Assembly: GCA_017558005.1 (NCBI GenBank)
Contig: JAFYWN010000023.1
Location: 1,159 to 65,158 of the forward strand
Direction of reading: 5' to 3'
Length of the DNA: 64,000 nt
Origin: Kiritimatiellia bacterium
GTDB lineage: Bacteria; Verrucomicrobiota; Kiritimatiellia; RFP12; DVOR01
Within the stretch, counting starts at the first letter, position 1; every line of letters starts with the position of its first letter. The notes beneath the pieces are model-generated. The model made no database searches. It saw only the letters and a list, made by a program, of their open reading frames with translations, and had not been told where the DNA came from. Shown here one piece after another: positions 28,862 through 38,755 of the stretch. The position numbers and the translations under genes were made by a program.

Positions 28862-30111
28862 ACCGCACACTTCTCTTCATCTTCACCATGACGGTGCTCT
28901 TCGCGGGGTGTCAGTCTTATGCCCCAGCTCCCATTGATTGGGACGCCGTCACCGCGCCTGCCCCCGCAGCAAGCATCACCCTCGCCACACCCGCCGATGC
29001 AGTCACCTTGGCACTCGTTGGGAATCGAGAGATTAACCTTCTCCGTCTTAAGGCCACTTCTGCTGAAGCCGTGGCCCAAGAAACAGGCTGGTGGGAAGAC
29101 CCCGAACTGGAATTTGACCTCAAACGCATTCTTGGTTCGTCGGCTCACCCCTTCCTCGGTGGCGCAGGACTCGTCTTTACAATCCCGCTCTCGGGTGTCC
29201 GCGAAGCGCAAATCAAAGCGGCACAAGCCTACACGCGTGCAACTCTCGCCGAAATCAAGGCCGCCGAACATGCCCTTGCGACCCAAGCGCAAATCGCCGT
29301 AGTGGAATTAGCAGCCGCGAGAGAACAAGTGGCACAGCTGCGTGCGCACCTTGAGGACCCGCGGATTCACAAGGCAGGGGAGAACGTTGCACGTCTCTAC
29401 GCCGCAGGCGAGGTGGACTACGCCGCAAGTACTGCCACCCAACGCGCTCGTCACCTCCGTGAACACGCCCTACTTGAGGCGCAGCACACCGCCCGTGCCG
29501 CCGAAATTAAGGTGCTCCAACTCCTCGGACTACGCCCTGACACACAAATCGCATTGGGCTTCACGTTAGAATCATTAGGCGCAATCACCTCGCCCACGAT
29601 TGATGTGCGCACCCTTGTCCGTCACCCAGAGGTATTATCCGCCTTAGCTCAAGTGGATGAACAGGAAGCCGCGCTTGAAATCGCCATCCGACAGCAGTAT
29701 CCCGATCTCAAATTGGGGCCCGTCTATGCCAATGAAGAGGGGTTAAATCGTCTTGGTTTTACGGCGGGCATCACCCTGCCCTTATGGAATCGTAATCGTC
29801 AAGCCATCGCCGAAGCGAAGGGCGCTCGCGAAGAAACGCGTCAGAGCGCGATTGACACGTGGAAGAATTTGGTCTGTGAAGCCGCCACTGCCGCACACGC
29901 CTTGGCCACACGCCTCGCACACCAACCACCCCACGCTGGCGATGTCGCCGTAGCGGACCAACTCTTAGCCGCAGGTGAACTCTCCTCATCCGATTACCTC
30001 TCCTTCCGAGAAGAAACCCTCGACCTCGCCCTTGCGGAAGCGGATTGGCTCCGTGAAACGCATACTGCCGCTCTCAATTTAAACAATTTTAATGTGGACC
30101 TCGCCCAATGA
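28858..30111 (+). CDS. TolC/CzcC-like outer-membrane efflux lipoprotein
   Basis: Lipobox FAGC, QQYPDL, ITLPLWNRN. Confidence 0.88.
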   Translation: MNRTLLFIFTMTVLFAGCQSYAPAPIDWDAVTAPAPAASITLATPADAVTLALVGNREINLLRLKATSAEAVAQETGWWEDPELEFDLKRILGSSAHPFLGGAGLVFTIPLSGVREAQIKAAQAYTRATLAEIKAAEHALATQAQIAVVELAAAREQVAQLRAHLEDPRIHKAGENVARLYAAGEVDYAASTATQRARHLREHALLEAQHTARAAEIKVLQLLGLRPDTQIALGFTLESLGAITSPTIDVRTLVRHPEVLSALAQVDEQEAALEIAIRQQYPDLKLGPVYANEEGLNRLGFTAGITLPLWNRNRQAIAEAKGAREETRQSAIDTWKNLVCEAATAAHALATRLAHQPPHAGDVAVADQLLAAGELSSSDYLSFREETLDLALAEADWLRETHTAALNLNNFNVDLAQ

Positions 30112-31448
30112 AGAACCTTGCCTCCCTCCCCCTCATCCTCCTCTTTGCCTACGCACTCCCCCAATTCGGCTACGCACATGACCACGAGCATGACCATGGC
30201 ACCACGTGTAGTGGAGACCATGCACATGAAGTCGAAGCTCATGAACACAAACACGAGCATGAACATGACCATGGTGCCACGTGTAGTGGAGACCACGCGC
30301 ATGAAGTCGAAGCTCATGACCATAAACACGAACATGACCATGAACATGGTGCCGCGTGTAGTGGAGACCATGCACATGAAGTCGAAGTTCATGAACACAA
30401 ACACGAGCACGATCATGAACATGGCGCCACGTGTAGCGGAGACCATACACATGAAACGCCTGCGCTGCGAGCTGTGGTTGTTCCAGAGTCCGCGCAACGC
30501 ATCATCGGCTTAAAAACAGTCGCCGCGCCCCCTCGTCAATTACACGCCATGCGCCGGCTCATTGGTCGTTATGAACCGTTGCCCGAAGCGCGCCAAACGG
30601 TTGCGTCGCCCATCACGGGGCGCCTCACGTTGCTTGTCCGCAGTTTAGATCGCGTGGCCAAGGGTGACGCTCTCTGCACCATCGCCTCACCCGAACTCAC
30701 TGCCCGCGCCGCCGAAATCGCCCTATTGCAAAAGCGTCTTACCATCTATCGCGACCTCCAAACGCCGAATGCCGCGCTGGAAACCGAGCTTGCCGTTAAG
30801 CAAGCCGAATACAAGGCGCTCCTCCTTGATGCAGAGGAGAACGAAGGCTCTGTGGTTTTGCGCGCATCCTGCGCAGGACAGGTGGATGCCTTTGACGTAG
30901 AAAGTGGCGCATGGGTAGAAGCAGGCGCACCCGTCTTGCGCCTTATCCAACCCCAAGCGCTGCGCTTTAAGGCATTGATTCCCGCTACGGAAGCACAGAC
31001 ACTCCAAGATCGCTTGCACGTCCATGTAGAAGAAGCTCATGGCGAGTTGCGCCTCGGCATCGGCTCTGAAAACGGCCTTACCCCCGTCTACATCTACTTC
31101 GAAACCGCTCCGAAATCGGCGCGTGCCGGCGCAAAGGCTGATGTCATCTGCACGATGGAGAGTCACGAAACGCCGCTCCTTTCTGTTCCCTCCTCCGCGA
31201 TTATCACCGTCAACTTGCAGCCCTCCGTCTTTATGCGTGACCCTCACGATGCCACGCGCTTCATCTGCGTACCCGTCACGCCTGGGCTTAGCGCCGCAGG
31301 GTGGACCGCTGTTGAGGGGCTACCGTCACCCACAACCGAAGTTGTCACCGACGGCGCCTACGAACTCAAACTCGCCCTCCCTGGCAATGCGCAAAAACCC
31401 GCGGGCCACTTCCACGCCGACGGCGTCTATCACGAAGGCGAACACTAA
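30108..31448 (+). CDS. RND membrane-fusion protein with His-rich repeat domain
   Basis: VASPITG, lipoyl-like hybrid motif, VPSSAI, VVTDGAY; N-terminal His repeats. Confidence 0.88.
   Translation: MKNLASLPLILLFAYALPQFGYAHDHEHDHGTTCSGDHAHEVEAHEHKHEHEHDHGATCSGDHAHEVEAHDHKHEHDHEHGAACSGDHAHEVEVHEHKHEHDHEHGATCSGDHTHETPALRAVVVPESAQRIIGLKTVAAPPRQLHAMRRLIGRYEPLPEARQTVASPITGRLTLLVRSLDRVAKGDALCTIASPELTARAAEIALLQKRLTIYRDLQTPNAALETELAVKQAEYKALLLDAEENEGSVVLRASCAGQVDAFDVESGAWVEAGAPVLRLIQPQALRFKALIPATEAQTLQDRLHVHVEEAHGELRLGIGSENGLTPVYIYFETAPKSARAGAKADVICTMESHETPLLSVPSSAIITVNLQPSVFMRDPHDATRFICVPVTPGLSAAGWTAVEGLPSPTTEVVTDGAYELKLALPGNAQKPAGHFHADGVYHEGEH
30177..30455 (+). repeat. In-frame 75-bp tandem repeat (~4 units)
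   Basis: GTGTAG(T/C)GGAGACCA at 30206, 30281, 30356, 30431; encodes HEHKHEHEHDHGATCSGDHAHEVEA. Confidence 0.95.
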
Positions 31449-31505
31449 ACCCTAAATACGTTGTTAGGTGCACCCCAATCACGGTTACAAGGTCTATCTA
31501 CAGCG

Positions 31506-31540
31506 CCCCTCGGTTCATCATTGAATCGAGGGGTCTTTTT
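31506..31540 (+). terminator. Intrinsic terminator of efflux operon
   Basis: CCCCTCGGTTCA/TGAATCGAGGGG + T-run. Confidence 0.75.
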
Positions 31541-31630
31541 GTGCAAGCACGCCCTGCGTAGTCCTTTAATCACAAGAAGAGGTGAAGGAGGAATTTTGCC
31601 GTTTAAGGTTGTTTTTGGTATACTTTTCGC

Positions 31631-31792
31631 ATGAAAAAGATTCTTTTTTTACTCGGTTTTATCGCATTATTGGTCTCTGGATGCGTGAATCAGAGCATCG
31701 CGGCGCGGCGTTCGGATATTCCGTGGAATGCGCCGGCACGTGCAGATGCCACGGGTGCGTTGCCTGATTCGCTGGTTGACCAGTATGAGTAA
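31631..31792 (+). CDS. Small lipoprotein (53 aa), absent from the ORF track
   Basis: MKKILFLLGFIALLVSGC lipobox; ...SDIPWNAPA...; stop overlaps ribD start region. Confidence 0.75.
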   Translation: MKKILFLLGFIALLVSGCVNQSIAARRSDIPWNAPARADATGALPDSLVDQYE

Positions 31793-32813
31793 TGCCTCAA
31801 TTGATGCACAGTTTCTCTTTCGAGCGGTAGCGCTCGCAGAGGCGTATGTCGGCCGCACGGCACCGAACCCACCGGTTGGCGCCGTCTGTGTGCGAGATGG
31901 CGTCATCCTTGGCGAGGGCGCGCACCAACGCGCCGGTACGCCACACGCAGAGGTGCACTGTCTCTCTCAATGCCCCGACGATCTCTCTGGGGCAACGCTC
32001 TATGTCACGTTGGAGCCGTGCTCTACAGCTGGGCGCACACCGCCGTGTTGCGATCTCATTTTAAAACGTCGTCCTGCGCGAGTGGTCATCGGGTGTCTTG
32101 ACCCCAATCCTCGACATGCGGGGGGTGCAATTCCCCGTTTGGAAGCGGCGGGCATTCAGGTTTGTGTTGCAACAGGTGAAGCGGCGGCAGCTTGTCAGGC
32201 ATTAATTGCGCCGTTTGCAAAGGCGATTACCACAGGCTTGCCCTATGTGCGTGTAAAATTGGCAATGACCTTGGATGGTTATTTGGCAGATCGCACGCAG
32301 ACTTCACGTTGGGTCACAGGTGCCCAAGCACGAGAGTGGGTGCAGCACCAACGGCTTCGCGCAGATGCCATCATGGTCGGTGCTGGCACAGCTCGTATTG
32401 ATCACCCCTCTTTGCAGCCCCACCTACCCAATGCCCCCCTCAAGGTTCGCGTCCTCATGGATCGTCACACCCCCATCGCCCCAGCAGATCGCGATGCGCA
32501 GACCCTCGTCGCCACGGAAGATCTCGGGTATGATGGGGCACATCTTGAGCCCGCCTTGCGTGCGCTCTGCCAACGTGGCATCAATGAAGTCTTCTGCGAA
32601 GGTGGCGGTCAACTTGCCGCAGCATTGCTTGAGCAACACCTTGTTGATGAGCTCATTTTAATCTATGCCCCCAAAGTTTTGGGCGACCCCCATGCGGTTC
32701 GCGGACTCCCCATTCTCCCCCGCTTACTCGCGCAGGGGATGACCTTCACCACAATCAATCGCATCTCCCTTGGGGAGGATACGGCACTCTGTTTGCGCCC
32801 GACACAGGTGTAA
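31785..32813 (+). CDS. ribD: Riboflavin biosynthesis deaminase/reductase
   Basis: PNPPVGA, PHAE, VTLEPC...TPPC, KLAMTLDG, EGGG. Confidence 0.95.
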   Translation: MSNASIDAQFLFRAVALAEAYVGRTAPNPPVGAVCVRDGVILGEGAHQRAGTPHAEVHCLSQCPDDLSGATLYVTLEPCSTAGRTPPCCDLILKRRPARVVIGCLDPNPRHAGGAIPRLEAAGIQVCVATGEAAAACQALIAPFAKAITTGLPYVRVKLAMTLDGYLADRTQTSRWVTGAQAREWVQHQRLRADAIMVGAGTARIDHPSLQPHLPNAPLKVRVLMDRHTPIAPADRDAQTLVATEDLGYDGAHLEPALRALCQRGINEVFCEGGGQLAAALLEQHLVDELILIYAPKVLGDPHAVRGLPILPRLLAQGMTFTTINRISLGEDTALCLRPTQV

Positions 32814-32888
32814 CTTTCATGCTTCTTCGAACGGCTTTCGCGCGCGATTAGGGTGTAATGTGATATTCTTATAAGAAAAGGAGACACT

Positions 32889-33830
32889 ATGAATAAAGTC
32901 TTTCTCTTCATTCTGTTATTTGCTGTCGGCATGCTCCGCGCAGAATTACAACGTTTTGATGGCGTGGTCGCCTATGTGGATGACAAGGTGATTACGATGG
33001 ATACGGTGCTTAATGAGTTGCGCGCCAGTAAGCAACTCTGGAATACTGCACCCGAACTGCAAGCGGCTGAGACCATCAAGTACTTTCCGGTCTTCCGTGA
33101 CTTGCTGATTGAACGCATGCTTATCCTCAAGGCTTACGAAGCCTCTGGTGGCACGCTCCCCGCAGAAGCCGTCAATGAACGCATCAAGCAAATTATTGCA
33201 GATGGGTATGAGGGTAGTGAAGCAAAGCTGCATAATGAGTTGCGTCGGGCAGGTCTCTCCTACCCAGAATGGCAGAAGCAAGTACGCGAAAATATGATTG
33301 TTCAAGCGATGCGTCACTTGCAGGTGGAGAAGAAGATTCACGTCTCCCCCAAGCGCATTCGCGAATACTACAAAGCCCATCCCGAACAGTTTACCACCTC
33401 CGAAGGAGTGCAGTTGCAAACCATTCTCCTGCCGCCGGCTCAAGGGCGCGTGGCAGCCGAAGAGGTGCTTCACCAACTCCGTGAAGGAGCTGACTTCGCA
33501 GAGCTCGCGCGTCAGTTCTCTGTGGACCAATACGCCGCCGATGGGGGCGACACGGGCTTTATCCAACCCGAAGAGCAGTTCTCCCCTGAAGCCGTGGCAA
33601 TCATTCGCAATCTTAAGGTTGGCGAACTCTCTGACATCTTCGAAGTGAAGGGCTACTGCCAAATCTTCCGTAAGGTCGCCAACAAGGGCGAAAAGCTTCG
33701 TCCGCTTCAAGAAGCATGGGCCGATGCCGAAGCGGCAGTTCATGCAGAATTGGCCAAAGAACGTTATGCCAGGTGGATTCAATCCCTTCGCGATAACGCG
33801 CACATTCGGTATGTTGAACTTGGCTTCTAA
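32889..33830 (+). CDS. SurA/PpiC-type peptidyl-prolyl isomerase chaperone
   Basis: Signal peptide, DGVVAYVDD.VIT SurA N-domain, GADFAELARQFS...GGDTG rotamase. Confidence 0.85.
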   Translation: MNKVFLFILLFAVGMLRAELQRFDGVVAYVDDKVITMDTVLNELRASKQLWNTAPELQAAETIKYFPVFRDLLIERMLILKAYEASGGTLPAEAVNERIKQIIADGYEGSEAKLHNELRRAGLSYPEWQKQVRENMIVQAMRHLQVEKKIHVSPKRIREYYKAHPEQFTTSEGVQLQTILLPPAQGRVAAEEVLHQLREGADFAELARQFSVDQYAADGGDTGFIQPEEQFSPEAVAIIRNLKVGELSDIFEVKGYCQIFRKVANKGEKLRPLQEAWADAEAAVHAELAKERYARWIQSLRDNAHIRYVELGF

Positions 33831-33848
33831 ACACAGAGCGTAACCTCT

Positions 33849-34685
33849 ATGAATCGCACCTCTCCCAGTGATGTTAAAGCATGGTGTATCGGACGGGGAT
33901 TCCATCCGAACAAAACGCTCGGCCAAAACTTCCTCATTGATCGCAATATTCTCACCGCGCTCGTGGATGCCGTTGGCGCTGGCGAAGGAGATCGCGTCCT
34001 GGAAGTGGGGCCTGGTTTAGGCGTAATGACCGAGGCTTTGCTCCAACGTGGCATCCACGTTACTGCGATTGAAAAAGATCCCGCACTGGCTGCGTGGCTT
34101 AGAGACTCCCTTCTGAAGGAGTATCCCAACACTCTCACCCTCATTGAAGGCGATGCATTAGAGACCGATTGGGAGCCCCTCCTCGCACAAAACTTCAAGG
34201 CCTTCGCCTCCAATCTGCCCTACTCGGTGGGTACGCGCATCCTCATGGATTTAATCTGCCAAGCAGGCGCTCCCGAACGTTTGGTCACGCTTGTCCAACA
34301 AGAGGTCGCCGAACGTTTCGCCGCGCGTCCCACTACGCCCGAACGTGGTACGGCCGCAATTTGGATTCAGACGGATTACGATGTGCAGATTGTGCGTTCC
34401 GTAAAGCCGAGTTGCTTCTGGCCACCACCCGAAGTCACGAGTGCCGTGGTCGCAATGCAGCGCCACCAACGTTCCACCCTCTCCAATGAGGGAAAGGCAA
34501 TGTTACGCGCGCTTTCCAAACAGGTCTTTACCCAACGTCGCAAGCAGCTCGGCACCGTTCTGAGAAAATCTCCTGCGCCGTTCAATAAGGCCGATCCTAT
34601 CGCCGCAAATATTGAACCTACGCGACGCGCCGAAACGCTCACCCTTCCCGAATGGGAAGCGCTCACCGCCACCCTCTGCCCTTAA
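33849..34685 (+). CDS. rsmA: 16S rRNA dimethyladenosine transferase
   Basis: LGQNFLID, LEVGPGLG, SNLPY, FWPPPEVTS, QRRKQL. Confidence 0.95.
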   Translation: MNRTSPSDVKAWCIGRGFHPNKTLGQNFLIDRNILTALVDAVGAGEGDRVLEVGPGLGVMTEALLQRGIHVTAIEKDPALAAWLRDSLLKEYPNTLTLIEGDALETDWEPLLAQNFKAFASNLPYSVGTRILMDLICQAGAPERLVTLVQQEVAERFAARPTTPERGTAAIWIQTDYDVQIVRSVKPSCFWPPPEVTSAVVAMQRHQRSTLSNEGKAMLRALSKQVFTQRRKQLGTVLRKSPAPFNKADPIAANIEPTRRAETLTLPEWEALTATLCP

Positions 34686-34763
34686 TCAATACCGCCCTCT
34701 GCGACCCCGCTGCACCTTGACCTTCCTCCCCGCGACACACCCCCGTGACACTTTTTAGGAGAG

Positions 34764-35540
34764 ATGACCATGCTTCAGGATATCGCCGCACCCCTCACGC
34801 TCTTCCCGCAGGCAACGCCTGCTGTAGGCGACTATGTTTTCCAGTGCAAGGGCGCCTCGGTGGCACTCACCCCATGGAGTCGCGCCGCCTCGACCGCGTT
34901 GCCTTTGGTTAAGGTTGGTGAAACCACGCTCTTCCTTGGGGCGGCACCCGATGCCGAATGGGGCACCACGCAGATTTTACGTCGGTTAGAACCCGCCGAG
35001 CTCCGCTTTGCCGCCTTCTGTGCCAATCACCTCGCCCAGTGGTATCTGAATCACCGTTGGTGTGGACGATGCGGAACAATGCTCACACGGCAGCGCGCCT
35101 CGCTCACGTGTTCGGCCTGCGGGCACGAGATTTTTCCTGTGATTGCCCCTGCTGTGATTGTGGGGCTCATCAATAACGGTCGCCTCCTCGTCACGCGTTA
35201 TGCAGACCGCCCCTATCGCGGGCCCGCCTTAGTAGCAGGCTATTGCGAAGTGGGTGAGACCGCCGAAGCGACTTGCCTCCGCGAAACGCTTGAAGAAACA
35301 GGGTTGCACATCACCCGTCTGCGCTACTTTGCTTCCCAACCCTGGGGCCTTAGCGGCTCACTCCTCTTGGGCTTCTTTGCCGAAACGGCCGATGACCACG
35401 TCATGCTCGATGATAACGAATTGGCAGAAGCCGTGTGGTTAAAATCCGATGAACTGCCCCCGCCGCCCGATGCGGCAGGCCCGCTTTCCTTGACCGCAAC
35501 GATGATTAAAGCCTTCGCCGAAGGTCAATCCATCTTCTAA
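34764..35540 (+). CDS. nudC: NADH pyrophosphatase
   Basis: Zn ribbon CGRCG...CSACG, Nudix box, SQPW motif. Confidence 0.9.
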   Translation: MTMLQDIAAPLTLFPQATPAVGDYVFQCKGASVALTPWSRAASTALPLVKVGETTLFLGAAPDAEWGTTQILRRLEPAELRFAAFCANHLAQWYLNHRWCGRCGTMLTRQRASLTCSACGHEIFPVIAPAVIVGLINNGRLLVTRYADRPYRGPALVAGYCEVGETAEATCLRETLEETGLHITRLRYFASQPWGLSGSLLLGFFAETADDHVMLDDNELAEAVWLKSDELPPPPDAAGPLSLTATMIKAFAEGQSIF

Positions 35541-35638
35541 TCTTACCTATCCCCTCTGACTGGGAGCACCCTTTCCTTGATGCTCAGAAAGCACTCCCAA
35601 ACGCGCAATCTTTTGTTTGTTTTGAAAGGAGCCACGCC

Positions 35639-37000
35639 ATGAACGCAACGCATTTTGAAGCCTGGACCGGCGGCAAGTGGACCCAAGCGCCCACCTTCCC
35701 GATTACCAAAGTCACCCAAGACAGCCGTCAAGCCTGCCTCGGTGTGCTTTATGTCGCGCTCAAAGGCGAACGCCATGATGGGCACGACTTCGTCTCGGCC
35801 GCCTTTCGTACAGGCGCGACCGCCGCAATGGTCAAAAAGGGATGGATGCCACCTGCAGATGTGGCAGGTCTCCCCCTACTCTGCGTTGACGATCCCGCCA
35901 AGGCATTAACGGACTTAGCGAAGGGCTACCGTACGACGTTGACCGCGAAGATGATTGGCATCACGGGCAGCGCAGGGAAGACCACCTTGAAGGAACTCAC
36001 TGCCGCGATGCTCTCTGGCGCAGGTCTCACGGCCGCGACGCCAGGTAATTACAACAACGAGGTCGGCCTGCCCCTCTCTCTTCTCTCTGTACCCGAAGAG
36101 GCAAAGTTTGCCGTAATCGAAGCGGGCATTAGCCATCCCAACGATATGGACCCGCTCGCAGACACGCTTGTTCCTGATGCCGCCGCGATCTCGTGCATTG
36201 GGCCGGCTCACATTGAATACTTTGGGACGGAACGCGCCATCGCCGCCGAAAAAGCAAAGTTGCTCGCCGCAGTGCCCGAAACAGGATTTGCAGTCCTTCC
36301 AGATACCTGCGCAGAATTTGAAACCTTACGCGCGGCATGCCGTTGTCGCGTGGTGACGTGTTCGCTAAAAAATGAATCGGCAGACTGGTATGGCGAACCG
36401 CTCGCAAAGGGCGTCATTCGCGTTCATCACGCCGATGAAAGCGCCGTGCTCTTAGAAACAGGATTGGCTGGAGAACACAATGCCTCCAATGCCTTAATCG
36501 CCTACGCCTTGGCACGCGAAAGTGGCATCACTGCCGCAGAAGCCCTCGTAGGCCTCACCCACTTTAAGGCGCCGGCAATGCGTTGGGAAACCCTGCGCGC
36601 AGGAAATTTCACCGTCATCAACGATGCCTACAATGCCAATCCGCTCTCTATGCGTGCAGCCTTGGAAACCTTCGCTGGCTCTGATGTGGTGGGCACCAAG
36701 GTGGTCTGCGTCGGCGATATGTTGGAACTCGGCGATGCATCAGATCGCCAACATCGCGATGTGGGCGAAGCTTCTGGCAATGGCCCGTGGCGTCTCCTCG
36801 CTGCGGTGGGCACCGCCTCGCGCGCCCTCATTGAAGGGGCGATTAAGGCGGGTTACCCCGCCTCCAAGACGGTTTGGTTCGCCACCACCGCCGAAGCTGC
36901 AGAGGCGCTCCCCTTGCTCTTGCAACCTGGCGACACGCTTCTCCTTAAAGCCTCGCGTGGCATGCGACTTGAACAAATTCTTGACGCACTGAACCGTTAA
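35639..37000 (+). CDS. murF: UDP-MurNAc-tripeptide D-Ala-D-Ala ligase
   Basis: GERHDGHDF, GITGSAGKTT, NNEVGLP, NDAYNANP, GDMLELG, KASRG. Confidence 0.95.
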   Translation: MNATHFEAWTGGKWTQAPTFPITKVTQDSRQACLGVLYVALKGERHDGHDFVSAAFRTGATAAMVKKGWMPPADVAGLPLLCVDDPAKALTDLAKGYRTTLTAKMIGITGSAGKTTLKELTAAMLSGAGLTAATPGNYNNEVGLPLSLLSVPEEAKFAVIEAGISHPNDMDPLADTLVPDAAAISCIGPAHIEYFGTERAIAAEKAKLLAAVPETGFAVLPDTCAEFETLRAACRCRVVTCSLKNESADWYGEPLAKGVIRVHHADESAVLLETGLAGEHNASNALIAYALARESGITAAEALVGLTHFKAPAMRWETLRAGNFTVINDAYNANPLSMRAALETFAGSDVVGTKVVCVGDMLELGDASDRQHRDVGEASGNGPWRLLAAVGTASRALIEGAIKAGYPASKTVWFATTAEAAEALPLLLQPGDTLLLKASRGMRLEQILDALNR

Positions 37001-37020
37001 GTGTAAGCTGCACGCCCCCT

Positions 37021-38325
37021 ATGTGGCACTTGATCCGTCAACTCTTAGGCTTGGCCCCCGCTGACCCTGCGCAACGCGACCTCACCCTCGCGTTTTGGCG
37101 CAACACCATCGGGGTCTTCATTGCCCTTCGCGTGGCGGATCTCCTTAATGCCATCACAGGACTCTACGTCATCCCCCTCTACTTGCCGATGGAAGTCCTT
37201 GGCGCGGTCTTACCCCTTATGCAAGTAGGGGCAGTCCTTGCGATCCCTGTGAGCGTCTTCACCTTAACCTTCACACGCCACCTCTGCGCCTATGCCGTGG
37301 CAGGGGATAGCGTTCGCACGCGAGGGCTTTTACGCGATGCGCTCGTCGCCACTTTGATGACCTTATGTGGGGCACTCCTCCTCGCGGCGTTGCTCATGCC
37401 GTGGATTTGTGCCATCTTACGCGTCCCCTATTCGGCGGCGGGTTACTTGGCGGTGGGTTATGGACTCCTTGCCGCCTTTACCCCGATGGCATGGTCTGCC
37501 TTACAAGCCTTACGTCGTTTTGGCACCCTCTCCATCGGCACGCTCATTGGCGCGCCGATTCGTCTCATCGCGATGATTCTCCTCTTGCCCTTGTGCGGCT
37601 TAAGCGGTTACTTCATTGGCCAGAGTCTGCCACCCCTCATTCTGCTTGGGGCAGCATGGATTACTCTGGCGCCCCTCTTACGTCAGAGCCGAACAGCCCC
37701 CTTGATGGCTTGGCGCAATGACCTCAAGCCCATGCTTCGTTATGCAGGATTCATCACCTTAGGGGTGCTTGCCGCGGCACTGCAAGGCGCGGTCATCACC
37801 TTTGTCATTCGCCATCGCCTTAGCGACGATGCCTCTGGCGCGTACTACCTCATCTCCCGATTTGCCGAAATTGCCACCTACTGCGGCACCACATTAGCGA
37901 CCGTGCTCTTTCCCTTTGCCGTTGAGGCGCATGTTCGCGGACTCTCCTCCAACCGCTTTCATGGTGGCGTCACCCTCTGCCTTCTCCTTTTAGGAGGCGT
38001 CCTCGCCGCGGGGCTCTATTGGTGGCTCCCCCCACTCCTCGCCCACCTACCCGGGCTCTCCCCCTACCTTGGTTATGAGGGGGCGGCGGCCTATCTCACC
38101 CTCATTACCACCCTCAATGCCGCTTCCACCCTCCACTTTACCCACACGGCGGCACGCGATCGCTTCACCTACCTCACCTTCGTCCTCCCCCTCACCCTCA
38201 TCCTCTCTGCCACGCTCTACTTCCTACCAAGCCCCACCCTTTTCCAAATCCTCCACCTCCTCTTCGGTGTCGCCCTCCTACAATTTATCGGGTGCCTCAT
38301 CGATGCCCGCCCCACCTCGGCATAG
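37021..38325 (+). CDS. Polysaccharide flippase-like (Wzx/MOP superfamily) membrane protein
   Basis: About 12 TM segments, IRHRLSDDASGAY...SRF...LFP pattern. Confidence 0.6.
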   Translation: MWHLIRQLLGLAPADPAQRDLTLAFWRNTIGVFIALRVADLLNAITGLYVIPLYLPMEVLGAVLPLMQVGAVLAIPVSVFTLTFTRHLCAYAVAGDSVRTRGLLRDALVATLMTLCGALLLAALLMPWICAILRVPYSAAGYLAVGYGLLAAFTPMAWSALQALRRFGTLSIGTLIGAPIRLIAMILLLPLCGLSGYFIGQSLPPLILLGAAWITLAPLLRQSRTAPLMAWRNDLKPMLRYAGFITLGVLAAALQGAVITFVIRHRLSDDASGAYYLISRFAEIATYCGTTLATVLFPFAVEAHVRGLSSNRFHGGVTLCLLLLGGVLAAGLYWWLPPLLAHLPGLSPYLGYEGAAAYLTLITTLNAASTLHFTHTAARDRFTYLTFVLPLTLILSATLYFLPSPTLFQILHLLFGVALLQFIGCLIDARPTSA

Positions 38326-38439
38326 CCACCATTCCGCGTTCTCCGTTACCCCTAAAACCTACGCACACACCCCTCTTTTGAACAAATAGGCCAAAAATGA
38401 GGGTTTCAAATTACTGATTTTATAGGCTTTGAAGGCCGT

Positions 38440-38480
38440 CTACGAACCAAAATTGAAAATTTTTCATTTTTGGTTCGTAG
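38440..38480. repeat. 41-bp near-perfect palindrome
   Basis: CTACGAACCAAAATTGAAAA-T-TTTTCATTTTTGGTTCGTAG, 20-bp arms with one mismatch. Confidence 0.9.
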
Positions 38481-38561
38481 AATTTCAACCCTCTTTCACT
38501 CCCCCCTCCTCCATCACCAATAACACCAATCCCACACATCAACAAATGCCCTCAGATGTCA

Positions 38562-38755
38562 CCACCCTCCACTTCACCCACACGGCGGCACGCGATCGCT
38601 TCACCTACCTCACCTTCGTCCTCCCCCTCACCCTCATCCTCTCTGCCACGCTCTACTTCCTACCAAGCCCCACCCTTTTCCAAATCCTCCACCTCCTCTT
38701 CGCCATCGCCCTCCTGCAATTTATCGGCTGCCTCATTGATGCCCGCCACCCATAA
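38562..38755 (+). pseudogene. Duplicated 3' fragment of the flippase gene
   Basis: 38562-38747 matches 38126-38311 with 7 substitutions. Confidence 0.9.

Noticed and set aside
38126-38747. DGR template/variable repeat pair
   Set aside because: Mismatches are mostly synonymous and not adenine-specific, no reverse transcriptase in the window, and the target is a membrane flippase
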